A DNA stretch of 64,000 bases from Acidobacteriota bacterium (GTDB taxonomy: Bacteria > Acidobacteriota > UBA4820 > DSQY01): assembly GCA_021813555.1 (NCBI GenBank), contig JAKAKG010000203.1, positions 3,507 through 67,506 on the forward strand. The letters are read 5' to 3'. The notes under the pieces were generated by a model that was given only the letters and a program-made list of their open reading frames with translations, searched no databases and was not told the DNA's origin. The translations under genes and the position numbers were made by a program. This document shows, one piece after another, positions 50,487 to 58,769 of the stretch. How positions within the stretch are numbered: position 1 is the first letter of the stretch; each line of letters starts with the position of its first letter.

Positions 50487-51299
50487 ATGTCGATGGACTA
50501 TTTCCAATACCTGCGCAAAGAGCGCATGCCGCACATCTGGTGCCCCGGCTGCGGCCACGGCACCATCATGAAATCCATCCTGCGGGCCCTGGACAAGCTC
50601 AAGTGGGCCAAGGATGACGTGGTGGTGGTTTCTGGAATCGGCTGCAGCAGCAGAACACCGGGCTACCTGGACTTCAACACCCTTCACACGACCCACGGCC
50701 GCGCCCTCTCCTTCGCCCAGGGTGTCAAAGTGGCCAACCCCAACCTCAAGGTGATCGTCATCTCCGGAGACGGAGACGCCATGGCCATCGGAGGCAACCA
50801 CTTCATTCACGCCTGCCGGCGCAACATGGACATCACCCTCATCGTCTTCAACAACAACATCTACGGGATGACCGGCGGACAGGCTTCCCCCACCACCTTC
50901 ACGGGCTCCAAGGGCACCACCGCCCCCTACGGCGCCATCGAGCAGCCCTTCGACGTGTGCAACATGGCCCAGGCCTCGGGCGCCACCTACGTGGCCCGCG
51001 CCCTGGACATCGACGCCGTCGCCATGGACCGCGTCATCCTGTCAGCCCTGCAGAACAAGGGATTCTCCGTCGTGGACGCCTGGTCTCAGTGCACCACCTA
51101 CTTCGGCCGCCAGAACAAATGGGGCGACGCCTCCGAGATGATGGACCGGTACAAGGAAATGACCTACAACGTCCGCCTCGCCGAGAAAATGAGCCCCGAA
51201 GAGAAAGCCGGGAAATACCCCGTGGGGATGCTCTTCCAGACCTCCCGCCCGGAATGGTGCGAGGAGTACGGCAAGCTGATTGAGAGAGTGAGCAAGTGA
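50487..51299 (+). CDS. korB: 2-oxoacid:ferredoxin oxidoreductase beta subunit (TPP-binding)
   Basis: Motifs CPGCGHG, GIGCSS and GDGD in the TPP-binding region. Confidence 0.9.
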   Translation: MSMDYFQYLRKERMPHIWCPGCGHGTIMKSILRALDKLKWAKDDVVVVSGIGCSSRTPGYLDFNTLHTTHGRALSFAQGVKVANPNLKVIVISGDGDAMAIGGNHFIHACRRNMDITLIVFNNNIYGMTGGQASPTTFTGSKGTTAPYGAIEQPFDVCNMAQASGATYVARALDIDAVAMDRVILSALQNKGFSVVDAWSQCTTYFGRQNKWGDASEMMDRYKEMTYNVRLAEKMSPEEKAGKYPVGMLFQTSRPEWCEEYGKLIERVSK

Positions 51300-51415
51300 G
51301 GAAGTGAGGAGTGAGGAGTAAATAGTGAAAAGTGAAAAGTAAAAAGCGAGCCCTCAACAGCGGGCCGCGTTCCTTCCCACTCTTCACTTTTCACTTTTAA
51401 CTTTTCTTTTAAAGG
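51296..51415. repeat. Inverted heptamer arrays (GTGAGGA x3, GTGAAAA x2, GTAAAAA on plus; TCTTCAC, TTTTCAC, TTTTAAC downstream) forming a long imperfect hairpin with T-rich 3' arm, between korB and korC
   Basis: Read directly from the sequence. The korB TGA stop lies within the first heptamer, and the downstream arm is the reverse complement of the GTGAAAA units. Confidence 0.85.
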
Positions 51416-51448
51416 CAAACGCGCCATGAAATTCCCAGGGGATCTGAC

Positions 51449-52018
51449 ATGAGCAAACGCTACGAAATACGATTGGCGGGCCTCGGCGGACAGGGCCTGG
51501 TGCTGGCGGGCGTGATCCTGGCCGAGGCGGCCTCCATTTTCGAAAACAAGAACGCCGTTCAGAGCCAGTCTTACGGCCCTGAATCTCGCGGCGGTGCCAG
51601 CAAGAGCGAAGTCATCATCTCGGATGAGGAAATCGATTACCCCAAAGCGACGCACATCGACCTCCTCCTGTGCCTAACCGATGCGGCCGCCGAAAAGTAT
51701 TTGAAGGATTGCCCGGAAACGGCCCTCGTCATCGCCGATTCGGACCTGGTACCCTCGGCCATCCCGGAGAAATACCGCTCCGTCAAAGCCCCCATCACGC
51801 GTTTGGCCCGCGAGACGGTGGGCAAGGAGTTCGTCACCAACATCGTGGCCCTGGGCCTCATCCAGGAACTGACGGGCATCGTGGGTCTTCCTGCCCTGGA
51901 GAAAGCCGTCCTGGGCCGGGTGCCCAAGGGAACCGAGGATCTGAACAAGCGCGCCTTGGAAGTGGGCCGGGAAGCGGCCCATGAATACGGCGCCCACATC
52001 CTCTCAGCGAGGGGATAG
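51449..52018 (+). CDS. korC: 2-oxoacid:ferredoxin oxidoreductase gamma subunit
   Basis: 189 aa with a Pyr:Fd oxidoreductase gamma pattern (GLGGQGLVLAG). Confidence 0.85.
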   Translation: MSKRYEIRLAGLGGQGLVLAGVILAEAASIFENKNAVQSQSYGPESRGGASKSEVIISDEEIDYPKATHIDLLLCLTDAAAEKYLKDCPETALVIADSDLVPSAIPEKYRSVKAPITRLARETVGKEFVTNIVALGLIQELTGIVGLPALEKAVLGRVPKGTEDLNKRALEVGREAAHEYGAHILSARG

Positions 52019-52022
52019 CCGC

Positions 52023-52532
52023 ATGGCCGAGCGAACCTTCACCATCTTCAAACCGGACGCCCTTCGCAAGGGCGTCCAGGGGCACATGCTCCAGCGCCTT
52101 CTGGACGAGGGTTTCGGCGTACGGGGCCTCAAGATGGCCCGCCTGTCCCGGCTTCAGGCCGAGGCCTTTTACGCCGTCCACCGGGAACGCCCCTTCTTTC
52201 CCGAACTCGTGGACTTCATGACCTCCGGCCCCGTGATCGTCATCAGCCTTGAACGAGACAACGCCGTGGCTCACCTGCGGGCCGTCATGGGGCCGACCGA
52301 CTCGGCCAAGGCGCCCAAGGACACGATCCGCGGGCAGTTTGGGACGGACATCCAGTGCAACGCCATCCATGGGTCGGACAGCGTCGAAAACGGCCTCATC
52401 GAAACGGCCTTTTTCTTTTCGGGCGCCGAAACGGTGGGAGACGCCGTTGCGCCGTCCGCGGCCAAGAAAGCGGTCGCGGCTGCGCCCGCGTGGCAGGCCA
52501 ATCCTCTGGGCCGCCCTCCGAAAGGCCGCTGA
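52023..52532 (+). CDS. ndk: Nucleoside diphosphate kinase with ~30-aa Ala/Pro-rich C-terminal extension
   Basis: ATG at 52023 (MAERTFTIFKPDALRKG) with the catalytic His region NAIHGSDS. The extension is AETVGDAVAPSAAKKAVAAAPAWQANPLGRPPKGR. Confidence 0.9.
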   Translation: MAERTFTIFKPDALRKGVQGHMLQRLLDEGFGVRGLKMARLSRLQAEAFYAVHRERPFFPELVDFMTSGPVIVISLERDNAVAHLRAVMGPTDSAKAPKDTIRGQFGTDIQCNAIHGSDSVENGLIETAFFFSGAETVGDAVAPSAAKKAVAAAPAWQANPLGRPPKGR

Positions 52533-52545
52533 GGCCGCGCTCCCC

Positions 52546-53442
52546 ATGGACCGGCCCGTCGCCCCGGGGCACTTCTCCGGCCCGCTCAACCGTCACGGCG
52601 ACGGCGCGTTCACCGTCAGCGTGGGCGGTATCGCCGTTCAGTTCTCTGGGCTTTCCGAGGCGCTGCTCCCGGCGGCCCAGGAGCGGTATTCTCCCTTCCT
52701 CTCCGATGAACCGCCTCTGCACACGGTCGTCCTTTATGACGGGCCGGAGCACTACCTCGACATGGCCGAGGACGGCTTCATGCGCGTGGAGGAGCGCGAC
52801 TTCCCTGAAGGACGGATCATGGTGTCCCATGATTTCGCCGCCTTCTGGCCCGCGGGAGCCTCCGCGGGAACGCTCCGGGTGAGCGTCGCCTTCCCGCTCT
52901 CGAAGGTTCTGTCCGCCATGGAAAACTACCTGCGCTGGTGCGTGGCCGATCTGGCCATCGAGCGCGGCGGGTTCGTCCTGCACAGTGCGGGCCTGGTGCT
53001 GGAGGGGAAGGCCTACGTCTTCTTCGGGCATTCGGGCGCGGGCAAGAGCACGGCCACGACCCTCTCGCTGGAGGGGCGGGGCGCCCTTGCCCTCTCCGAC
53101 GATCTCGTCCTGCTCCTGCGCGAGGGAGACCGCTTCCTGGCGGCCGCCACCCCCTTTCAGGGAAGTATGGCCCAGCGCGTCAAGGAGAAGGGGCTCTGCC
53201 CCCTGGCAGGCCTCTTTCACCTCCGCCAATCGGCCGAAGTCGGGACTCTTCCCCTTGCCCGGGCCGCCGCCGTGGGTATGCTCCTCTCCTGCTGTCCCTT
53301 CGTCGCCGATCCCGGCCGGAGATCGGAGTATCTCCTCCCCATCGTGGAGGATCTGTGCCGGGCCGTTCCCGTGCGGGAGCTGCTTTTCAGGAAGGATCCG
53401 TCCTTCTGGGACGTTGTGCTCAAAAGGGAGGATCAGCCGTGA
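52546..53442 (+). CDS. HPr-kinase-related P-loop protein (HprK C-terminal-like fold; RiPP-associated kinase candidate)
   Basis: The ATG at 52546 lies 14 nt after the ndk stop. It has a Walker A (GHSGAGKST) followed by a SDDLV motif, as in the HprK C-domain and lasso-peptide kinases. It lacks the HprK N-domain and the genomic context is not that of hprK. Confidence 0.7.
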   Translation: MDRPVAPGHFSGPLNRHGDGAFTVSVGGIAVQFSGLSEALLPAAQERYSPFLSDEPPLHTVVLYDGPEHYLDMAEDGFMRVEERDFPEGRIMVSHDFAAFWPAGASAGTLRVSVAFPLSKVLSAMENYLRWCVADLAIERGGFVLHSAGLVLEGKAYVFFGHSGAGKSTATTLSLEGRGALALSDDLVLLLREGDRFLAAATPFQGSMAQRVKEKGLCPLAGLFHLRQSAEVGTLPLARAAAVGMLLSCCPFVADPGRRSEYLLPIVEDLCRAVPVRELLFRKDPSFWDVVLKREDQP

Positions 53443-53711
53443 GCGAAGAGACTCTGCCGAAAAGAAACCCCGACGTATCCTGGAGGACCATCGAGGGCCA
53501 AGCCGTCCTCATTCATAACCGCCTGGGCGAGATCCAGGTCTTGAATGACCTGGGAACTTACATATGGGAACACCTGGAGCTCGGGCCCGAGATCTTGGCC
53601 AGGAATATAGCGCAGGAGCACGAAGTTTCAGTGCCAGACGCCCAGCGCGACGTTGAAGAATTCATGCAGGCGCTGCGTGGCTCAGGAGCTCTGGCCGATG
53701 GAACAGACTGA
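53439..53711 (+). CDS. PqqD-family protein (RiPP precursor recognition element-like)
   Basis: The GTG start overlaps the upstream stop (GTGA) and is preceded by GGGAGG. The 90-aa product is SWRTIEGQAVLIHNRLGEIQVLNDLGTYIWEHLE...DVEEFMQAL, typical of PqqD. Confidence 0.75.
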   Translation: MSEETLPKRNPDVSWRTIEGQAVLIHNRLGEIQVLNDLGTYIWEHLELGPEILARNIAQEHEVSVPDAQRDVEEFMQALRGSGALADGTD

Positions 53712-54765
53712 GCGAGGAACACCCCTGCAGCGGTTGCACGACAGCGCCTTCCGGGCGCGGCATCCCCTGTTTGCGTCGATTGAGCTCACGTACACCTGCA
53801 ACCTGGCCTGCTACTTCTGCTACAACCCCGTCCAGCGCAAGAGCCAGAAGCGGACGCAGCCGGCCCCGGAGAGAGCCGAGTCTCCTTTGACCTTCGAGGA
53901 GATCGTGGGCGTCCTGGACCAATTGAAAGAGATGGGCGTCCTCTACCTCACCCTCACGGGCGGCGAGCCGCTCATGCATCCCCGGTTCTGGGATATCGCT
54001 CAGGCTGCCAAGGACCGGGCCTTTGCCGTTCGTATATTCACCAACGGCGCGGCCCTCACTCAAAACGTGGTGGACCGGCTCGCGACTCTCATGCCCTTTT
54101 GCCTGGAGATGTCCATCCACGGAGCCAAGGCCGAGACCGCCGAGGCCCTCACGCAGGTGAAAGGGTCCTTCCAGCGCCAGATGAACGCGCTCTCCCTTCT
54201 TCAAGGATCGGGCCTCCGGGTCTTTCTCAAGTGCACCGTGACGCGCCTGGTAGAGAACGAACTGGCCGACATCAAGGCGATGGCCGACGGTTTCGGGTTC
54301 CCCCTTTTCTTCGACCCCGTCCTCACGATCTCGGACGACCGGCAGTTTTATCCCATGGAGCTGCGGGCCTCGGACGAGGCCATCGCCTGGCTCTACAAAA
54401 CCTCGGGCTTGAATCTGGGCAACTCGCCCTTCGAGCGGGAGCCCGGCGATTTTAATTGCAGCGTGGGCACGGGAACCCTCCACATCACCCCCTTTGGAGA
54501 GATTCACCCTTGCGTCCAGTGGAAGCAGTCCGTGGGCAGCGTGCGGGAAAAGACCCTTCAGGAGATTTGGGCCACCTCGCCCCTCCTGATGGCGGCCAGG
54601 GAGGCTAACCTGAAGAGCGCGGCCATGCTCAAGGACACCGTGAAGGAGCACGCCTTTTGCGCCCATTGCCCAGGACTGTCTCAGTTGAAATGCGGCGACC
54701 CCCTCCGTCCCGACGAACAGTACGTGAGGGTGGCGAACATCCGATCCAAGCTAGCGGAGACGTAA
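53698..54765 (+). CDS. Radical SAM enzyme with C-terminal SPASM domain (peptide-modifying maturase candidate)
   Basis: The ATG at 53698 overlaps the pqqD-like gene by 14 nt. It has a CNLACYFC radical-SAM cluster motif and C-terminal Cys-rich SPASM-like segments (FNCSVGTG...HPCVQW...CAHCPGLSQLKCGDP). Confidence 0.85.
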   Translation: MEQTERGTPLQRLHDSAFRARHPLFASIELTYTCNLACYFCYNPVQRKSQKRTQPAPERAESPLTFEEIVGVLDQLKEMGVLYLTLTGGEPLMHPRFWDIAQAAKDRAFAVRIFTNGAALTQNVVDRLATLMPFCLEMSIHGAKAETAEALTQVKGSFQRQMNALSLLQGSGLRVFLKCTVTRLVENELADIKAMADGFGFPLFFDPVLTISDDRQFYPMELRASDEAIAWLYKTSGLNLGNSPFEREPGDFNCSVGTGTLHITPFGEIHPCVQWKQSVGSVREKTLQEIWATSPLLMAAREANLKSAAMLKDTVKEHAFCAHCPGLSQLKCGDPLRPDEQYVRVANIRSKLAET

Positions 54766-54889
54766 CCGGTTCAGCGGTTTCTTGTCTTGCCTCAGCGCCG
54801 CGGGCGCTTGGGACCAACGGGAACGATTGGGACTTGACAGGCGGCACGAGATGTCGCAATTTACCTTCGGGAGAAGGAGAGGTGGCAGA

Positions 54890-55018
54890 ATGAAAAAGCC
54901 CTACGAGAAACCCGCGGTGATTTACAAGGAGCGGATTGAGGCCAGAGCTTCGAGTTGCGGGGTAAGCCCGAGCAAGGCTGGAACGGGCACCGGTTGCTCT
55001 GCCCCCTTCGTGAGCTAG
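54890..55018 (+). CDS. 42-aa candidate RiPP precursor peptide MKKPYEKPAVIYKERIEARASSCGVSPSKAGTGTGCSAPFVS
   Basis: A small ORF with a strong SD (GGAGAAGGAGAGG) 7 nt upstream of the ATG. It lies between the rSAM/SPASM gene and the C25 peptidase gene. It is embedded in the track's 78-aa ORF 54782..55018. The product has a charged leader and a Ser/Gly/Thr-rich core with two Cys and a C-terminal Ser. Confidence 0.6.
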   Translation: MKKPYEKPAVIYKERIEARASSCGVSPSKAGTGTGCSAPFVS

Positions 55019-55044
55019 CCGGTTCGGGGCTATCTCTTTTGCAG

Positions 55045-58000
55045 GTGGCACGGATCCAGGGTTTCAACCGCCGCCAGGCATTTTGGCACATCCTCCTTGG
55101 GTTGGCGGCTTTTGTCATAAGTGTTCACCCTCCTGCCGCCTCCTCCGGGGGGCGTCAGGTCTTCCATTTCAGCTGGTCCCCCGCCCCGGGCCAGGCGGCC
55201 TTATGGGCCGAACCTTCCCCTGAGGGGCTCCCGCCGCGAACGCCCTCGGTTTCCATTAAAGTCGCCCTGCCGGCCAACGCCCAGAAAGCATCCCTTCGCG
55301 TGGTGACCGCCCACTGGCAGGCGGTCCCCCCTGGCCATTGGGTCCCCGCCACGGGCGAGGCCGCCGTTCTCGGCCGGCGCGGGGTGTGGCACGGTATCCC
55401 CTACCAGGAAATCATCGTGCATCCCGTCCGGCGAGGTCCCTCCGGGGAAGTGGAGATCTTGTCCACCCTCGTAGGGACCCTTGAGGTGCCCGGCTTGGCC
55501 GGCTCCCTTGATCCTCCCCTGCCGCCCGGGATCCGCGCGCGAACGGACGCCAGCCTCTTCCTCAACCCCACGGGCGCCCTTGCCTTCCGGCACGCCTCCG
55601 AGACGGGCCGAAGCATTTCCAGAACCACCGTCTCCACCTTTCCGCCCGGCGCCAGCCCCGTGCGAGTGGAGGTCGCGCAGGACGGCATTTACCGGTTGGA
55701 TTACACCTATCTCACCTCCCACGGGTTAAGCCCCGAAACCCTGGTGGAGACCATCCACCTGGAATGCGGGGGGGTGGAACTTCCCATCTGGATCGAGGGC
55801 CCATCCTCGGGGCCTCTTTCTCCGTCCAGCGCCGTGGTGTTCTACGGCCAGAAGCTCGCCATCACGAACCGGCCCATGTTCGATGGCGGCGACTTCTCGG
55901 ATACCAACGTGTACTGGCTGTACTCCAACGGCCAGCGGGGGCTTCGGATGGCCACCGCCCCCGCGGCGCCCACGGGCCGCTTCCCTTCCGTGGCACAGTT
56001 TGCGGCCACGGTCCACTTGGAGGTGAACACCTACCTGGACTCACTGGACCACTTCAGGCCTGACGGGGACAACTGGTTCTGGGCCCCCATCCTGGCCGCC
56101 CCCGCTGGGTCGAGCACCTCCAGGGATTTCAGCGTGAACCTGCCCCACCCCTCCGGAGCGGGCCTCTCGGCCACTGCTGTCCTGGCGGGCCTCAACGACG
56201 GCCAACACGGCATCACCCTGGCGCTCAACGGTGCCTCGCCCAGCGCGGGACCCGATCCCGGTCCCTGGCAGGGCAAAGCCATCTCGGCCCAGACGTGCAG
56301 CTTCAGCTCGGGCTTGGCCAACGGAGCCAACACCGTCACTCTGACGTTGCCGGGGGTCGCCGGACAGCCCGATTTCCAGCTTCTGGACTACTTCGATTTC
56401 ACCTATTCGAGGACCTTGGATTCGGACTCGGGCACTCTCCTCATCACGGATGTTGAGGCTTCCGCTCAGTACGCATGCCCGGGGCACCAGACGGCACCAT
56501 ACATTCTCGATCTCTCCGCCTCGGACCCGGCGACGGGGCTCAAGCGCCCCATCCTGCTCACGGGAGCCACGTTCTCCGCGGGCACGGCTACCTTCGAAAT
56601 GCCTGCAAATCCTGGCGTGACGCGGCGCCTCGTGGCCCTATCCAGCGCGCCGCTCCTGCCAAGCGCCGCTTATGTGGCGGCTGCACCCGCGATTCCGGAC
56701 CCCGCCAACCCCGCGGACATGGTCATCATCACCCATCCCGACTTTCATCCCGCGGGAGCCGATGCCGTGTGGCAAGCCTACCTGGCGAGGCGGTCGGAGG
56801 CCATGACGGTAGTAGCGGTGGATGTGGAAAGCATCTACAACGCCTATTCCTACGGCCTCATGGACCCAACAGCGATTCGGAGCTACCTGGCCGCCGCCGC
56901 GGCAGCATGGGGCCGGGCTCCCAAGTACGTCCTCCTCGTGGGGGACGCATCCTATGACTACAAAAACTACACGGGGACGCCTGGCAACACCAGCCGCGTC
57001 CCTACCATGATGTTTGAAGACGCGGGGGATTCCACCTACATGGGCCGGTATCCTTCCGATGCCTGGTTCGCCGACGTGAACGGAGACGGCTACCCAGATT
57101 CGGCGGTGGGCCGCCTTCCCGCACGGTCCTATGAAGAGCTGGCGGGCATGCTCACCAAGATCATGGCCTATGAGGATCAGGCCCTGGCCGGCACCTGGTA
57201 CAAGAGCGGCCTCTTCGTGGCCGACACGTGGACCCAAACCTGGGAGCAGGTCTTCGAACAAGCCAACACCCTCCTGCAAACCACCTACATGGCACCGCCC
57301 TGGAGCGGCACCCACCTGTTTTTTCACGACGCTCCTTATAACGGCACCGACGCCAACGCCTTCGCCTCCGCCTTGAGGGCGGCATGGCCGGGCGCCGCGC
57401 TCATGCACTACAGCGGACACAGCGGCATAAGCAGCCTCGGCAACCAGTATGCTTTCTTCACCTCGTACCCCTCCCGGAATTGCACCAGCGGTACGTGCAG
57501 CGATTCGGACGTAGATCTGCTCCCCCCAGTGGACCTGACTCCCTCGGCCCCCTCAGCCCCTCTGCCCTTCATCGTGAGCAGCAGTTGCTACAACTCAGCT
57601 TTCGACGAGGTGAGCACCGACGCCCTCATGGAAGTTCTGTTAGCCAGGGCGGACCGGGGTACCATCGGGTCCTGCGGATTCTCCACTATCGCCTACCCCG
57701 ACGAGGAGCACACCTTCGCCAACGCATTCTTCGAGCAGGCCTTCGGCCCGTCCAAAACTAGACCGGTGGGGCCGCTGGTGGATGCGGGGCGCTTCTCTCT
57801 GCCCTCCTCCGATGCCCGGTCGGTCATGGGGAACATCCTCATGGGCGATCCTTCCGTCTCCCTGCGCCTGCCCGCCCCCGATCCTCCGCCGGCCTTCGCC
57901 GCTTCGCCCGCGGACGGAGCCGTGGTTCTGTCCTGGGGCTCTCCGGCGGCTCCCGTCTCGAGATTTGAACTCTACAGGTCCGGCGACGGAGGCAAAACTT

Positions 58001-58689
58001 GGGCGGCGGTGGCGAGTCCAGGGCCCTCGGACCGTGGATATAACGATGGCGGCCTGGTGAACGGCGCGGAGTACACATACTACGCCACGAGTCTGGACAC
58101 GGGCGGCTTCGAAGGCCCGCCGAGCCTTGCGGCCACCGCCGTGCCCGAACCCGGCATCTGCACCGTGCTGTGCCAGGCGCAGGCGCCCACCTCGGGCTCT
58201 CCAGGGACATCCGTGCCCTTCCAGGCTTCGGCCACCAGCACGAGCTGTGCTCAAAGTTTGGCCTATGACTGGGATTTCGGAGACGGCAGCCTTCGCGCGA
58301 GCATCCCGGCCCCCACCCATGTCTATGCCTCGGCTGGCGCCTATACCTGGACGTTCACCGCTTCGGCGGATTCGGCCTCCTGCATGAAAAGCGGGACTAT
58401 CGTGGTGGCCGTCCCCCCCCACGTCACGCGCGTGCAGAAGGCCGCGAGCCCCTTCCGCATCATCATCACGGGGACGAACCTGCATGCCGACGCGAGCGTC
58501 TATGTTGGCGGCCAGCGGTGGGCCACGGTCAAAATCGTCCCGGAAACCAAGGTCGTCCTCAAGGGCACCGGCCTCAAGGCGCTCTTCCCCGCGGGGGTCT
58601 TCGTGCCCGTGCGCCTGGTGAACGGCGACGGCGGCGAGACGACGGTGAGCTACAACCGCACAGGCAACCAGTGGCGCCAGGGCCCGTAA
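55045..58689 (+). CDS. Secreted peptidase C25 (gingipain-like cysteine protease) domain protein with C-terminal Ig/PKD-like beta domains
   Basis: A GTG start at 55045 gives the signal peptide RRQAFWHILLGLAAFVISVHPPAASS. C25-like features are YVLLVGDASYD, HYSGHSG (putative catalytic His) and SSSCYNSAFD (putative catalytic Cys). It is ~1214 aa. Confidence 0.7.
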   Translation: MARIQGFNRRQAFWHILLGLAAFVISVHPPAASSGGRQVFHFSWSPAPGQAALWAEPSPEGLPPRTPSVSIKVALPANAQKASLRVVTAHWQAVPPGHWVPATGEAAVLGRRGVWHGIPYQEIIVHPVRRGPSGEVEILSTLVGTLEVPGLAGSLDPPLPPGIRARTDASLFLNPTGALAFRHASETGRSISRTTVSTFPPGASPVRVEVAQDGIYRLDYTYLTSHGLSPETLVETIHLECGGVELPIWIEGPSSGPLSPSSAVVFYGQKLAITNRPMFDGGDFSDTNVYWLYSNGQRGLRMATAPAAPTGRFPSVAQFAATVHLEVNTYLDSLDHFRPDGDNWFWAPILAAPAGSSTSRDFSVNLPHPSGAGLSATAVLAGLNDGQHGITLALNGASPSAGPDPGPWQGKAISAQTCSFSSGLANGANTVTLTLPGVAGQPDFQLLDYFDFTYSRTLDSDSGTLLITDVEASAQYACPGHQTAPYILDLSASDPATGLKRPILLTGATFSAGTATFEMPANPGVTRRLVALSSAPLLPSAAYVAAAPAIPDPANPADMVIITHPDFHPAGADAVWQAYLARRSEAMTVVAVDVESIYNAYSYGLMDPTAIRSYLAAAAAAWGRAPKYVLLVGDASYDYKNYTGTPGNTSRVPTMMFEDAGDSTYMGRYPSDAWFADVNGDGYPDSAVGRLPARSYEELAGMLTKIMAYEDQALAGTWYKSGLFVADTWTQTWEQVFEQANTLLQTTYMAPPWSGTHLFFHDAPYNGTDANAFASALRAAWPGAALMHYSGHSGISSLGNQYAFFTSYPSRNCTSGTCSDSDVDLLPPVDLTPSAPSAPLPFIVSSSCYNSAFDEVSTDALMEVLLARADRGTIGSCGFSTIAYPDEEHTFANAFFEQAFGPSKTRPVGPLVDAGRFSLPSSDARSVMGNILMGDPSVSLRLPAPDPPPAFAASPADGAVVLSWGSPAAPVSRFELYRSGDGGKTWAAVASPGPSDRGYNDGGLVNGAEYTYYATSLDTGGFEGPPSLAATAVPEPGICTVLCQAQAPTSGSPGTSVPFQASATSTSCAQSLAYDWDFGDGSLRASIPAPTHVYASAGAYTWTFTASADSASCMKSGTIVVAVPPHVTRVQKAASPFRIIITGTNLHADASVYVGGQRWATVKIVPETKVVLKGTGLKALFPAGVFVPVRLVNGDGGETTVSYNRTGNQWRQGP

Positions 58690-58769
58690 CCCTCTTCCCT
58701 CCACCGGCCACACGTTCTTTCCTTCGCGCATGGGGATCCGTATAGTGGAACCGGGCATGAAGGGGAGAG

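Noticed and set aside
49491-50810. 439-aa minus-strand ORF
   Set aside because: It is antisense to korA/korB.
52546-53442. Interpretation as genuine HPr kinase/phosphorylase (hprK)
   Set aside because: It lacks the HprK N-terminal domain and sits next to PqqD and radical-SAM/SPASM genes rather than PTS or rpoN-neighbourhood genes.
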